Source: Eledone cirrhosa (taxonomy: Eukaryota). Taken from it: a stretch of DNA of 64,000 nt. Every line of letters starts with the position of its first letter. The first letter of the stretch is position 1. A program made the position numbers and the translations under genes. Positions 44,256 through 62,420 of this stretch are shown here, in pieces. The notes below the pieces were generated by a model. That model made no database searches. It was given only the letters and a program-made list of their open reading frames with translations, and was not told where the DNA came from. The DNA lies in NCBI GenBank assembly GCA_964016885.1, contig OZ024741.1, positions 273,792,001 to 273,856,000 on the forward strand. Direction: 5' to 3'.

Positions 44256-44279
44256 GCTTGTATATATATATATTTATTA

Positions 44280-44329
<50 letters not shown>

Positions 44330-44435
44330 TTATATATATATATATATATATACAAATATATATATACATATATATAAATATGTGCACATATATTAATCAC
44401 GTATGTGTACACACATATACACAATACACACACAC

Positions 44436-44507
<72 letters not shown>

Positions 44508-44622
44508 GCATGTATAGTGTGTGTGAGTATTTATTCAGTTTATGTAAATGTGTAGAAAGTTATCATATTTCAATATAAATTGTTTTACTGTACATCAGAT
44601 AGTCAGGCACCCAGTACGATAG

Positions 44623-44663
<41 letters not shown>

Positions 44664-44669
44664 TGAGAG

Positions 44670-44705
<36 letters not shown>

Positions 44706-44900
44706 AGGGTTCAATCGGGGGTAACCACAGTAAGTAAGGAACTCAATACATATGCAAGTTGCATACCGAGCGATTTTACCACCGGCTTTGCCCAAAATTA
44801 AAAAAGGCATAATTTGTTTTCGCTCTTAACATGGTGGATATCTAAATCTATCATCCTATACATAGAAATAACTCTGTTAAACAAATTATCATGGATTTAA

Positions 44901-45120
44901 CCCTTTAATGTTCAAACCGGCCAAAACCGGACAGAATTCTCTACCTTTTTCTGCTGAAACTGGCTGTAACTGGTCGCTCAAACTGATGTTAAGGTATTGT
45001 TCTCAAAATAAATACTTTCAAAATCTCATAGATTCGATATTATGTGAGATAATTATGCGAGGTAAAGCCTTTACCATGAAAATATAATAGTATATATAGA
45101 GTAATGTGAATATTAAATGG
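44901..45120. mobile_element. TTAA-flanked MITE (piggyBac/Kolobok-type target)
   Basis: TTAA|CCCTTTAATGTTC ... GAATATTAAATGG|TTAA imperfect TIRs. Confidence 0.65.
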
Positions 45121-45463
45121 TTAAGGCACATTTATATTATTGCAAATATATGTCTAAAACTAAAATTTGTCCAAACATGTCTGTTAAGTTTGTAAGAACT
45201 ATACGGTCTTATTTATGGATTTTGTTATTTACTACGTCGTGTGTTTTGATATATAGAATCGGTAATATTACTGTAATAAATTTTTTTCGGGGTTGGGTGG
45301 AAGACCCATTTAGAGATCAGTTGGGCTTCTGCTACTGATATGGTACTTTGGATTCTAGCTGGAATTTCAAGCCCCTCAAAATTGGTATCTATGTAAAAGT
45401 CGACCACATAAATTTAACCTTAAAAAATAGGCTAAAAGATTCGACTTTTACACGAGTGTATAC

Positions 45464-45516
<53 letters not shown>

Positions 45517-45548
45517 GGGTGTGTATGATTGTGTATAGAAGATTATAT

Positions 45549-45761
45549 TATTAAAAGGAATTCCAACTTTGTCTGATTTACTCGTTTTATTTACAATCCT
45601 TTAAAATTATAATCATATTATAATGAAATAGTATGGTAGAATATTAAATGTTAAGTGTTAATTGAACAAGTACTTTCATGCTTTCGCAATCTTCAGGTTC
45701 ATATTCAGTGGTGACAGTCAAGTTTGCAATAAAACGAGTAAATCAGACAAAGCCGGAATTC

Positions 45762-45766
<5 letters not shown>
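45549..45766 (-). mobile_element. Hammerhead element of about 190 bp (copy 2) with an inverted terminal piece
   Basis: Hammerhead at 45663-45701 with palindromic AGTACT stem III; 45729-45766 is an inverted copy of 45553-45592. Confidence 0.85.
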
Positions 45767-45798
<32 letters not shown>

Positions 45799-46032
45799 TT
45801 TCAGAAAACCCGTACAATGCGGTAGAAATATATAAAAGACAAACGATGAACATAAAACAAAACTAAATAATATTCTACCCATTATATTTCAACATATTTC
45901 AAAGCTAAAACACTCTTTTCAAATGTGAAAGGAAATCAGTTCAAAATAAAAACGAACGGTCGATGTGTTCTTCCTTAAATGGTCTTACATTACTTAGTTT
46001 TGTTTTATTTAGCATAATTTCACCCTTTATAT

Positions 46033-46952
46033 CAGGGGTCAGCAAACTTTTGGGGTGTGCAGGCCAAATTACTATGCAGTGTCTCGTAGGCAAGCTACAT
46101 AACTATGCAGTGTCTCATTGGCGAGCTACATACCTAGCTATGCAGTGTCTCGTTGGCGAGCTACATAGCTATACAGTGTCTCGTTGGCGAGCCACATAAC
46201 TATGCAGTGTCTCGTTGGCGAGCTACATAGCTATGCAGTGTCTCGTTGGCGAGCTACATAGCTATTCAGTGTCTCGTTGGCGAGTCACATACCTATTCAG
46301 TGTCTCGTTGGCGAGCCACGTAGCTATGCCCGTTGGCGGGTCATGATATCAAAATGTAATAAATTTGGTCGACTTAGGCTGCTCTGTCCCGAAGGCTACC
46401 TTAATCCCGGGATTTAAAGAACAACAATGAATTTCATGTGATATTACTCTAATGGTATTCCTTACTACTAATGGTTTCTTATATAGGCACAAGGCCAGCA
46501 ATTTTGGGGGAGGGGAAGTCGATTAAATCGACCCAGTACGTGACTGGTACTTTATTTTATCGACCTCGTAAGGATGAAAGGCAAAGTTAACCTCAGCGGG
46601 ATTTGAACTTAGATCATAAAGAGTCGTAACTCTATGCTGCAAAGCATGGCGTCCGACCCTCTACCGATACTGCCAACCCACCGCCCTATTTCCTTCCTAC
46701 AAATAAAATACAAGTAGAAATGGTAAATTGTTTAATGAGATACTTGTTTTTACCAGTCGTTGGATAGCTTCTCTGCACCAGGTGAAATATTTGTCGAGGA
46801 CAGGAGTAGACCATCGTCCATATATGGTCATTACACAGCCTTGTCCTTAAACCAACTTTGGTATATTTCATTTTGGAAAAGAGCTGTTCGGGCCGGACAA
46901 AATTCCTTCGCAGGCAGCATGTGGCCTGCGGGCTGGGGTTTGCTGACCCCTG
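46033..46952. mobile_element. hAT-family MITE with an internal 32-bp minisatellite and a nested SINE
   Basis: TIRs CAGGGGTCAGCAAAC / GTTTGCTGACCCCTG; 8-bp TSD CTTTATAT/CTTTATAC; repeats at 46070-46345. Confidence 0.88.
46468..46686 (-). mobile_element. Nin-domain SINE nested in the hAT MITE
   Basis: Family core; head GGGCGGTGGGTTGGCAGTATCGG. Confidence 0.88.
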
Positions 46953-47036
46953 CTTTATACATTTCTACCACATTGTATCGGCTTTCTGAAAGTTATTAAT
47001 CATTTATTACAATCAAATCAATTGAAGCAATCAAAA

Positions 47037-47640
47037 CTATAATAAAGGAAGGTCTGCGGGATTGCCTACGGTTTATTTTTTTTATCCCGTTTGTAAAATA
47101 AGTTGGATTACTTTGAATAAATAATTATTTCTACTTCTGGCACAAGGCCAGCAATTACCCAGTGCATTACTGGTACTTTATTTTATCGGCCCCGTAAGGA
47201 TGAAAGGCAAAGTTAACCTCGGCGAGATTTGAACTCAGATTTGAATAAATAATGAATGAATATTACATAATTTATCTACTAAATTTCGTGGCTATTCATT
47301 AAATATATTTTGTTTATTTAAAGATTCACTTCTTTAAAATTTCTGAAATGTCAACACTTCCGGTGGCGATCGCTTAAATAAACACACTAATTTTCTGTCA
47401 CTAATTTTCTCCTAATGCAGTTTATATATAATATCGTCTTTTATAATGTATCATGGATTACGTTACTGAATACATAAGACAGTGTAACGCAGTCTTCGTT
47501 CAATTTCTATGTATTATATATTATCAATTACGATTTTGTTTGATGTATCATATCTACATGTATATATACCTGCGTATAATATCAATATACACACTACACA
47601 TGCTAACAGAAAACCACCCGAAGGGTGGTTTTTCTACTAG
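47037..47640 (+). mobile_element. Helitron-like element (copy 2) interrupted by a truncated SINE (about 47126-47239)
   Basis: Homology to 31436-31936; perfect 3' hairpin + CTAG; SINE TSD TTTGAATAAATAAT. Confidence 0.75.
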
Positions 47641-47644
47641 TTTA

Positions 47645-48720
47645 ATTAATAATTGTTTCTACTTTTGGCACAAGGCCATCAATTACCCAGTACATTACTG
47701 CTACTTTATTTTATCGATCCCGTAAGGATGAAAGGCAAAGTTAACCTCGGCGGGATTTGAATAATAATTGTTTCTACTTTAGGCACAAGGCCAGCAATTA
47801 CCCAGTGCATTACTGGTACTTTATTTTATCGACCCCGTAAGGATGAAAGGCAAAGTCAACCTCGGCGGGATTTGAACTCAGATCGTAAAGGGACGTAACT
47901 ATGCTGGAAAGCATGGCGTCCGACCCTCTACCGATACTGCCAATCTACCGAATTTGAATAATAATGGTTCTTATATAGGCCAGTAATTCTGGAGGAGCGG
48001 AAAGTCGATTAAATCGACCCCGGTACGTTACTGGTACTTTATTTTCTCGAGGATGAAAGGCAAAGTTAACCTTGGCGGGACTTGAACTCATAAATAAAGG
48101 GCCGTAACTCTATGCCGCGAAGCATGGTATTCGACACTCTACTGATTCTGCCAATCCAAATTGAATTAATAATGATATCTACTTTATACACAAACCCAGT
48201 AATTTTTCATGGTGGAGGGGCGGATAGAGGGGAAAATAGCATAAATCGACCGCAGGTTCTTTATTTGATCAAATTTGGCAAGACGAAAGACAAAGTTGAC
48301 TTCGGCGCAATTTGAACTCAACGTAAAAAGCAGCACGGTCGCTCTACGCCAGATTCGCGGTCGTGCCCTTGGCAGTGGAGACTTCTGGTGTCCTTGGCCC
48401 TAGGGCTACCTCCTTATTCACCACCATAGGCGCTGAGCTGGCCAGCCGCAGGTGTGAGCCTGGCGAGTTGGAATGGCTCTTCCAGTGCCACTCCCTTACC
48501 ATTCTCCCCCCGGAGAAACGCCTTCTTCATTCTGTCCGTTGGGGCTGTGGGGAGGGAGGCCAGCACGTGGGGACCCTATTTGCTCACCATACTGATTAAT
48601 AGTTATGAACTGTTGTAAATAAGTTAAGTTAAGTCATTAGCAAGAAAAATTGAATCTTCTCATCACAAAGCAACACCACAAAGAATGTTCATCGACGCTC
48701 TAACGACTCTGCCAATCCTC
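47645..48720 (-). mobile_element. Cluster of four head-to-tail Nin-SINEs, the last split by a LINE fragment
   Basis: Copies at about 47645-47760, 47762-47950, 47960-48155 and 48175-48336 + 48667-48720. Confidence 0.82.
48337..48666 (+). mobile_element. CRE-clade non-LTR retrotransposon 3' fragment
   Basis: RFAVVPLAVETSGVLGPRATSLFTTIG...WLFQ..SLTI resembles the CRE restriction-like endonuclease C-terminus; TSD AAAGCAGCAC/AAAGCAACAC. Confidence 0.65.
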
Positions 48721-48802
48721 TAATCCAGTAATAAACAAAAAATGTTTACCCATGCGTCTTTTTCTTCTGTTATTCAACCTGTTATATTTTAGTAAAATCT
48801 AT

Positions 48803-48837
<35 letters not shown>

Positions 48838-48960
48838 TTTTGTTACGATCCGCAAAAACTTCTGCATTGTTGTTTTATTATATTTTACTTTACTTTTGAG
48901 TGTTTTTTTTTATTTCAGGATATTTTTAGCCTCATGCCCATCATCTATTTTCAATTCTGA

Positions 48961-50670
<1,710 letters not shown>

Positions 50671-50761
50671 TTTTTCTAGAGTGAGGTTATTGTCTTATAT
50701 TGGATAATCTTCTGCGGTGTCTTCTATTGTATTCTTTCGTTTAGTTTCTATTTCTGCAGCT

Positions 50762-53700
50762 AGTGTTGTTGTTGTTATTGGTGGTGGTGGATGTAGTGGT
50801 GGTGTTGTTTGTGTTGGTGGTGGTGTGGTGGTGGTGGTACTGGCGGTGGTGGTGGTGTTGGTGGTGTTGTTGTTGTTATTGGTGGTGGTGGATGTTGTGA
50901 TGGTGTTGTTTGTGTTGGTGGTGGTGGTGGTGGTGGTGGTACTGGCGGTGGTGGTGGTGTTGGTGGTGTTGTTGTTGTTATTGGTGGTGGTGGATGTTGT
51001 GGTGGTGTTGTTTGTGTTGGTGGTGGTGGTATTGGTGGTGGTACTGGCGGTGGTGGTGGTGGTGGTGGTGTTGTTGTTATTGGTGGTGGTGGATGTAGTG
51101 GTGATGTTGTTTGTGTTGGTGGTGGTGGTATTGGTGGTGGTACTGGCGGTGGTGGTGGTGGTGGTGTTGGTGGTGGTGGATGTTGTGGTGGTGTTGTTTG
51201 TGTTGGTGGTGGTGGTATTGGTGGTGGTACTGGCGGTGGTGGTGGTGGTGGTGTTGTTGTTGTTATTGGTGGTGGTGGATGTAGTGGTGGTGTTGTTTGT
51301 GTTGGTGGTGGTGGTATTGGTGGTGGTACTGGCGGTGGTGGTGGTATTGGTGGTGGTGGATGTGGTGGTGGTATTGGCGGTGGTGGTGGTGGTGGTGGTG
51401 TTGGTGGTATTGGTGGTGGTGGATGTAGTGGTGGTGTTGTTTGTGTTGGTGGTGGTGGTATTGGCGGTGGTGGTGGTGGTGGTGGTGTTGGTGGTATTGG
51501 TGGTGGTGGATGTGGTGGTGGTGTTGTTTGTGTTGGTGGTGGTGGTACTGGCGGTGGTGGTGGTGGTGGTGTTGTTGTTGTTATTGGTGGTGGTGGATGT
51601 AGTGGTGGTGTTGTTTGTGTTGGTGGTGGTGGTATTGGCGGTGGTGGTGGTGGTGGTGGTGTTGGTGGTATTGGTGGTGGTGGTAGTGGTGGTGGATGTA
51701 GTGGTGGTGTTGTTTGTGTTGGTGGTGGTGGTGGTGGTGTTGGTGGTATTGGTGGTGGTGGTAGTGGTGGTGGTGGATGTAGTGGTGGTGTTATTTGTGT
51801 TGGTGGTGGTGGTATTGGCGGTGGTGGTGGTGGTGGTGGTGTTGGTGGTATTGGTGGTGGTGGATGTGGTGGTGGTGTTGGTGGTATTGGTGGTGGTGGT
51901 ATTGGCGGTGGTGGTGGTGGTGGTGTTGTTGTTGTTATTGGTGGTGGTGGATGTAGTGGTGGTGTTGTTTGTGTTGGTGGTGGTGGTGGTGGTGGTGTTG
52001 GTGGTATTGGTGGTGGTGGTGGTGGTGGTATTGGTGGTGGTGGATGTGGTGGTGGTGGTGGTGGTATTGGTGGTGGTGGATGTGGTGGTGGTGTTGTTTG
52101 TGTTGGTGGTGGTGGTACTGGCGGTGGTGGTGGTGGTGGTGTTGTTGTTGTTATTGGTGGTGGTGGATGTAGTGGTGGTGTTGTTTGTGTTGGTGGTGGT
52201 GGTATTGGCGGTGGTGGTGGTGGTGGTGGTGTTGGTGGTATTGGTGGTGGTGGTAGTGGTGGTGGATGTAGTGGTGGTGTTGTTTGTGTTGGTGGTGGTG
52301 GTGGTGGTGTTGGTGGTATTGGTGGTGGTGGTAGTGGTGGTGGTGGATGTAGTGGTGGTGTTATTTGTGTTGGTGGTGGTGGTATTGGCGGTGGTGGTGG
52401 TGGTGGTGGTGTTGGTGGTATTGGTGGTGGTGGATGTGGTGGTGGTGTTGGTGGTATTGGTGGTGGTGGTATTGGCGGTGGTGGTGGTGGTGGTGTTGTT
52501 GTTGTTATTGGTGGTGGTGGATGTAGTGGTGGTGTTGTTTGTGTTGGTGGTGGTGGTGGTGGTGGTGTTGGTGGTATTGGTGGTGGTGGTGGTGGTATTG
52601 GTGGTGGTGGATGTGGTGGTGGTGGTGGTGGTATTGGTGGTGGTGGATGTTGTGGTGGTGGTGGTGGTGGTGGTGGTGGATGTAGTGGTGGTGTTGTTTG
52701 TGTTGGTGGTGGTGGTATTGGTGGTGGTGGTATTGGTGGTGGTGGTACTGGCGGTGGTGGTGGTGGTGGTGTTGGTGGTATTGGTGGTGGTGGTAGTGGT
52801 GGTGGTATTGGTGGTGGTGGTATTGGTGGTATTGGTGGTGGTGGTGGTGGTGGATTTCGTGGTAGTGGTGGTGGTGGTAGTGGTGGTGTTGGTGGTGGTG
52901 GTGGTGGTGGTATTGGTGATGGTGGTGGTGGTGGTGGTGGTATTGGTGGTGGTATTGGTGGTGGTATTGGTGGATGTAGTGGTGGTGTTGTTTGTGTTGG
53001 TGGTGGTGGTATTGGTGATGGTGGTGGTGGTGGTGGTGGTGGTATTGGTGGTGGTATTGGTGGTGTTAGTGGTGGATTTCGTGGTAGTGGTGGTGGTGGT
53101 GGTAGTGGTGGTGTTGGTGGTGGTGGTGTTTGTGTTGGTGGTGGTATTGGTGGTTTTTGTGGTGGTGGTGGTGGTGGTGGTAGTGGTGGTGGTAGTGGTG
53201 GTGGTTGTGGTGGTGGTGGTGATGGTGGTGGTGGTATTGGTGGTGGTGGTGGTATTGGTGGTGGTGTTGTTTGTGTTGGTGGGGGTATTGGTGGTTGGTG
53301 GTGGTGGTGGTAGTGATGGTGGTGTTAGTGGTGATAGTAGTAGTTGTGGTAGTGGTGGTGGTATTGGTGGTGGTAGTGGTAGTAGTAGTGGTGGTGGTGG
53401 TATTGGTGGTGGTGGTGGTGATAGTGATGGTAGTGGTAGTAGTGGTGGTATTGGTGGTGGTGGGGGGGGGGATTGGTGGGGGGGGGATTGGTGGTGGTGG
53501 TAGTGTTAGTGGCGTTGTTGTTGTTGGTGATGGCGGTGGTGGTTGAGGTGATGGTGGTGGTGGTAACTGTGGTAGTAATGGTGTTGGTGATGGTGTTGTT
53601 GTTATTGGTGGTGGTTGTGATCGTGGTATTTGAGGTGGTGGTGATGGTGTTGTTGTTATTGGTGGTATTGCTGTTGATGATGGGGTTTGTGGTGATGGTG

Positions 53701-53871
53701 CTGATGGTATTAGTGTTGTTGTTGGTTGTGGTGATGGTGTCGGTGGTGGTTGTGGTAGTGGTGGTGGTGGTGATGGTGGTGCTGGCGGTGGTGGCGATGC
53801 TAGTAGTTGTGGTGGTGGTATTTTTGTTTTTGTTGTTGTTGGTGGTAGTGAGGATGGTGGAGGTGTTATTG

Positions 53872-53903
<32 letters not shown>

Positions 53904-53915
53904 GGTGGTATTGCT
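50762..53915. repeat. (GGT)n-based composite repeat with a 570-bp internal duplication
   Basis: The sequence at 51601 recurs at 52171. Confidence 0.93.
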
Positions 53916-54219
53916 GGAAATGAGACAAATGTTAACCACATATGCCTAAACATGGAATGGACCTCCGCCGGTTTCAACGATGAGTGTTCCAGTTGTTCGA
54001 TCAACAGAACCTCCTGCTCATGAAATTATCATGTAAGTGGTTTTCGCACAGGCACGTGTAACCATTAACGTAATTCCGAGGAAGATTTAAGATTCCACAG
54101 TGTATGGTACTGCTGCCCCTTTTCAATTACATAGATTCAGTCCATGTGACAGGCTTCCACGTAGTTTCCGTCTAGCCAATTTCACTCACATGGCTTGTAC
54201 CGATCCAAGGTCATGGTAA

Positions 54220-55024
54220 AAACACCATCACCACACTACTATTATCACAACTACCACAACAACAACGACCACCAGCCCAACTACAACAACAACCACCACG
54301 ACAACAACAACCAACACCACTACTACAACCACCACCACAAAAAAACTGTCACCACCACCATTACTACAAATACCGCAACAATAACCACGATAATCGCCTC
54401 CACCACCACCACCACCACAACAACAACCACCACCACCACCACCTCAACAGCACTACCACTACAACAACAACCACCACCATAATAACAACAATCACTACCA
54501 CAACATCCACAAAAACCTCCACAAAAACAACAGCAGCGACCTCCACCAAAATGACTACCACCACCACCACCACCACCAGCAACACCCCCCACTACCACCA
54601 CCGCCACCACCACCACCTCCACTACTACTACCACCATCGCCACCAGCACTCCCACTACCACCACCACCACCACCACCAGCAACACCCCCACTACCACCAC
54701 CACCACCTCCACTACTACTACTACCGCCACCACCACCACCACCCCCACTACCCCCGCCTCCACCACCAATACCTTCACCGCCACAACCCCCTCCTAACAC
54801 CAACCCCACCACCACACAGTAGTATCGAACCCAAGAACTAATGTTTGTGAAGTGAACTTCTTAACCATACGGCCATGGTACAGCAACTACTCCTAAATGT
54901 AAATCCAAAATAAATTCATTTATGTCTATCTGTAAATACTTTGATAAATATCTTATTCCTTGCCACAGAAATTGTAGCTTTCTGTAAGGATGTTTCACCC
55001 ACGTGACCGTAATAGTGTTGGCTA

Positions 55025-55058
<34 letters not shown>

Positions 55059-55445
55059 GGTAGTGTGGTGGTGGTGGTGGTGGCGGTTTTGGTTTTATTG
55101 TTGTTGGAGGTGGTGATTTTGGTGTTGTTGTTGGTGATGTTGGTTTTCATGTTGTTGTTGTTGTTGGTGGTGATGTTGGCTTTCATGTTGTTGGTGGTGG
55201 TGATTTTGGTGTTGTTGTTGGTGCTGTTGTTGTTGTTGTTGGTGATGTTGGCTTTCATGTTGTTGTTGGTGGTGGTGATGGTTTTGTTGTTATTGTTGCT
55301 GTTGGTGATTTTGGGGGTTGTTGTTGGTGATGTTGGTTTTGCTGTTGACGGTGGTGATGCTTTTGGTTCTGTTGTTGTTGTTGTTGGTGATAATTTTATT
55401 GTAGTAGGTGTTGATGAGGGTTTTGGTGTTGTTGTTGGTGAAAAC
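54220..55445. repeat. Opposed (CAC/CAA)n and (GTT/GGT)n tracts
   Basis: 54220-54815 is C/A-rich; 55025-55445 is G/T-rich. Confidence 0.9.
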
Positions 55446-55756
55446 AGCTGATTTTTTTCCAGGGAGGGAGTATTGATCTCAGTACATGAAAGGATATGTG
55501 GACCACGGCAAGTTTGAACTCAGAGTTCAGAGAGCCGGACCGAATACCTGAAAGCATTGTATCGACGTTCAGACGACTCTTGCAATTTGTCGACTTCTTG
55601 GTATTAACATAGAGTTTTATCAACGAGATCTCAGACTCCATTCACTTACCGAGTGGGGTAGGACTCGTTAAATCAGACCAAGGAAACACTGTTTCCACTG
55701 GCCGTTACATTACTGATACTATCTACCGGTCATAACTCCTGGTATTATTAAAGAAA

Positions 55757-55950
55757 ATGGTGGATTGACAGTATCGGTAAGGGGTCGGATGCCATGCTTT
55801 CACGCATAGAGTTACGGCCCTTGCCATTCTGAGTTCAAATACCGACGAGGTTAACTTTGCCTTTCATCCTTACGGGGCCGATAAAATAAAGTACCAGTAA
55901 TACACTGGAATAATTGCTGGCCTTGTGCCAAAAGTAGAAACAATTATTAA
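55757..55950 (+). mobile_element. Nin-domain SINE, full length
   Basis: Close match to 7259-7447. Confidence 0.9.
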
Positions 55951-56551
55951 AGAAGACTAATTAGACATTTCCCTATGTTGTGAAGGTGCCTGGTCATTAA
56001 AGAGATGCATGTCAAAGTTGATGTGTCTAGGGTTGCATTAGGATAATGCCTGCGAGTAGATGTATAGAGGGAGGAGGCGTATGAGGGCTGATTTAATTTG
56101 CATAAGAATATGCACGTGTGTGAATGAGATTAAGAAAAGGTTTGCCATGTAAATATAGAGGAGTGCAGGAGAGAAATCAGACCTTTGGGATAATACACCG
56201 TGGAACTGACAGGGTTTTGTAATCTCAACAGAATAATGACGCTAATTGATAGAGGATATCCCCTCTGAAATATACAGATGGAGGCCTTAGGCAGGAAACT
56301 TAACTACGAGACTCTCCATGTTGGACACTACCAAAGACTTTGTTTACGCAAAGGTTGAACACATTGATTTCCACGGATTTCTCAAGAGTGAAATACTGTA
56401 GTATACATATTGGCATGTATGTGATAGGACACACATAAATAAATAAACACACACGCATACACACTCTTAAAAAAAATATATATATATATGTGTGTGTGTG
56501 TGTATGTACGTATATATGGGTGTTTGAGTGCGTGTTCGTTTGTGTGTATGC

Positions 56552-56600
<49 letters not shown>

Positions 56601-56886
56601 TAGATAATATCATGTATGTGCATGTGTATGTATACGTACGTGTATACGTGTATGTATACGTGTGTATGTATACGTGTGTATACGTGTGTATACGTGCATA
56701 TACGTGTGTATGTATTCGTGTGTATACGTGTGTGTATACATGTGAATACATGTCCGTGAGCGTGTTGTTTTGTGTAGATCTATTTAACGACATATTCAGT
56801 CTCTTCTATTACATCAATTAACTCAACATATGTTGAGAATAGGGAAGCTAGAACTGGACTTAATTGGTGCCACTGGTCACTCTATT

Positions 56887-56953
<67 letters not shown>

Positions 56954-56979
56954 GTCTGTCTATCTGTCTATCTATCTAT

Positions 56980-57075
56980 ATTTTATTAATAGTTTTATTT
57001 TCATATACCTGTATGTAAACTCCCCGTTTGTATTTGTCACCTTCTCTTGTCCCCTTGTGGCTAATAAAGAAATTT
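56980..57075 (+). mobile_element. 3' tip of the L1/Tx1 family seen at 4366-5335, again in (TATC)n
   Basis: CTGTATGTAAACTCCCCG...CCCTTGTGGCTAATAAAGAAAT flanked by (TATC)n. Confidence 0.7.
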
Positions 57076-57198
57076 ATCTATCTGTCTATTTTTCTATCTA
57101 TCTATCTGTCTGTCTGTCTGTCTATCTATTTATGTATCTGTCTATCTGTCTGTCTATGTATGTATATACCTATCTAACCATATATATATATATATATA

Positions 57199-57381
57199 TA
57201 TTAATAAAAGAAATTCCAACTTTGTCTGATTTACTCGTTTTATTTACAATCCTTTAAAATTATAATGATATTATAATGAAATAGTATGGTAGAATATTAA
57301 ATGTTAATTGAACAAGTACTTTCATGCTTTCGCAATCTTCAGGTTCATATTCAGTGGTGACAGTCAAGTTTGCAATTTTCA
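57199..57381 (-). mobile_element. Hammerhead element of about 190 bp (copy 3)
   Basis: Hammerhead at 57309-57347 is identical to that of copy 2. Confidence 0.85.
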
Positions 57382-57391
57382 TATATATGTG

Positions 57392-57444
<53 letters not shown>

Positions 57445-58692
57445 TATATATAGTTACACATAATTATTTATCTTCACAAATTCAAGAAAATATGAGAAGT
57501 CTTGAAAGAAATATTTGCCAGACTTATGTTTCTGTCAAGGGGAATAATTTGTCCTTAGGACTTCTCAATTATTTTACTTTATGTGTGGTATTGAAATCTT
57601 TAGAGAAAACGATGTAACTGTTCACAGTTGAGGGTCAATAGAAAAATTAAGTTTGCTTAACCTCCGCCATACTGATGGATTGTATAAAGAAAAATATAAA
57701 GTAGTTGTCCGATAGAAGGCGGACACTTGGTAGCGGAAAGATCAAAGTCTGAAGTGAAACAATATCATGTGTGTGTTCATGTACTTAGTTCTAGTTGAGT
57801 GAAGGTTGTGTTATCCAGAGACCTTATTTGTATTTCTTTAAGTGCATGCATACTTTCTTTATTAATCAGAGTGATGAAGTTTATGGAGGATTTTTTTTGG
57901 GGGGGGGGGGGCATTTTTCGCTCTTGCAGTGCACAGGTCACATCTTTTACTTCCAAAATGTTGTGGTAGAGGTGTGTCTAGGATTTTCCATAGTATGGCC
58001 TGATATTCTTGATTTGATTTCCAGAAGTAATCGGCTAATTCTATTATTATTTTTTATTTAGGTCGGGCGGATTACTCGGACCAATTCTATTCTTCTTTTC
58101 AAGACGTCACAATCTTCCATTGCCTTCTTGAGATCATCAATCCCCAGCTGGACATCTATCCCTCTCCCTATCTATCTATATATCTATCTATCTATCTAAG
58201 CTCAGAGACAAAGATACATCTTAGCAAGAAACACTGGAATTGATAAGGATGATATACAAATCTTGATGGGGAAACAGTGACTGTTGGTGAGAGGTTGCAC
58301 ATGCTGTCTCGCCTAAGGGCGGTGGGTGAGATAAATGTAGTGTGATGTTAAATAAGTCAACAACACTTAGGTTAGAGACTTACGTTATCTATATTTTAAG
58401 CAAACCCTGTATAGCCCGCAGTCTCTCGTAGTAAATTTATTAGTAAAACAACTCAGATGCATACATACTACTACATTGACATATAAACCGATACTTCCCC
58501 AGGTAAAATTCTTACCGAACAGTAGGTTTTCTTGGCATACATTGTCACATATGTGACATTATCATCTATTGCGTTGAAGAAGTGCTGAGCAAAATCTAAT
58601 TGCATAGCAGCATTTTAGATACAAAAAAAGTAAGAATTGTGGAGTAAATATATAGGTCTGCTTGTTATCAATACCCTTAAGTCAGCTAACAA

Positions 58693-61400
<2,708 letters not shown>

Positions 61401-61524
61401 TGAAATATATGTAAATACAAAACCACTTTTGATTCCATCCTGAACAAAATAAATCTATCCGACGATATTTTGTCACCAAAATGTACTAAAAACCGGTCCA
61501 CAATTGAACTTTCTATAATTCTCA

Positions 61525-61709
61525 CTATATAGTACTACTCCTACTACTAATACCACTGCTGCTGCTACTGCTACAGCTGCTGCTGCTGCTACTACTACTA
61601 TTGCAACTACTACCACTAGTACCACTACCACTGCTGCTGTTATTACTACTACTGCTGCTGTTGCTACTACTACTGCTACTACTACTACTACTACTGCTGC
61701 TGCTACTGA

Positions 61710-61766
<57 letters not shown>

Positions 61767-61768
61767 AG
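61525..61768. repeat. (CTA/CTG)n microsatellite
   Basis: Direct inspection. Confidence 0.95.
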
Positions 61769-62149
61769 TTGATTTTACACCAAACCCGGTGCAATAACCT
61801 GTTTACATTTATTGCTTGGTCATATTCCGTAACCTAGTGGCTAGACAAAACCAACTCGATAAAATGAATACCAGTCTTCAAAAAAAAAAAAAAAAAAAAG
61901 GAAAAGCAGAAAAAGAAAAAATACGTCTATGATCAAGTAAAATGTAAAATACCTTTCAAAGCAGTGTCCGAGCATTAACACCTGCCTGAAAATAATTGAT
62001 ACCAGTAAAAGAATAATCCCCAAACATGAATCTCTCAAAGATTTCGGAATAATAAGGTTTCATCATCATCATCATCAGGCGGCCTCAGCCGAAATCGACT
62101 CAGTAATTGACCTCCACGTGGGTCTGTCATTCAGTACCAGAATCTAAGG

Positions 62150-62420
62150 AGATGACATCGGGATTCAACGATTTTACTATATAGAAGTGAGTGAAACAAG
62201 GACGCTTTCATCCAAACCACAAAAGCGCCTGATGGCACCTACGCTCGCCTACTTTGACGCATTCAGAACATAGGCTGGCGACATCTTACTTTGAAAGGAA
62301 TATATGCCGGCCACCCAAGCATATCTGTCGTTGTACGTAAAAGGAGAGTAAGATTTGCTGGGCCACTGCCATCGTGCCACCTATGAGTCTGTGTCCCCAC
62401 TAGTGCTTTGGAAACCACAA
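62150..62420 (+). mobile_element. Decayed RTE-clade LINE fragment
   Basis: SETRTLS..../DGTYARLL..IQNIGW.H.....RKRRVRFAG/HCHR. Confidence 0.7.

Noticed and set aside
46070-46345. 32-bp repeats resembling a CRISPR array (also the 38-bp repeats at 32881-33010)
   Set aside because: No unique spacers, no cas genes, eukaryotic context; these are minisatellites inside transposons
50717-53503. Long Gly/Cys-rich (834 aa) and Val-rich (928 aa) ORFs
   Set aside because: (GGT)n slippage keeps several frames open; no signal peptide, unique domain or codon diversity
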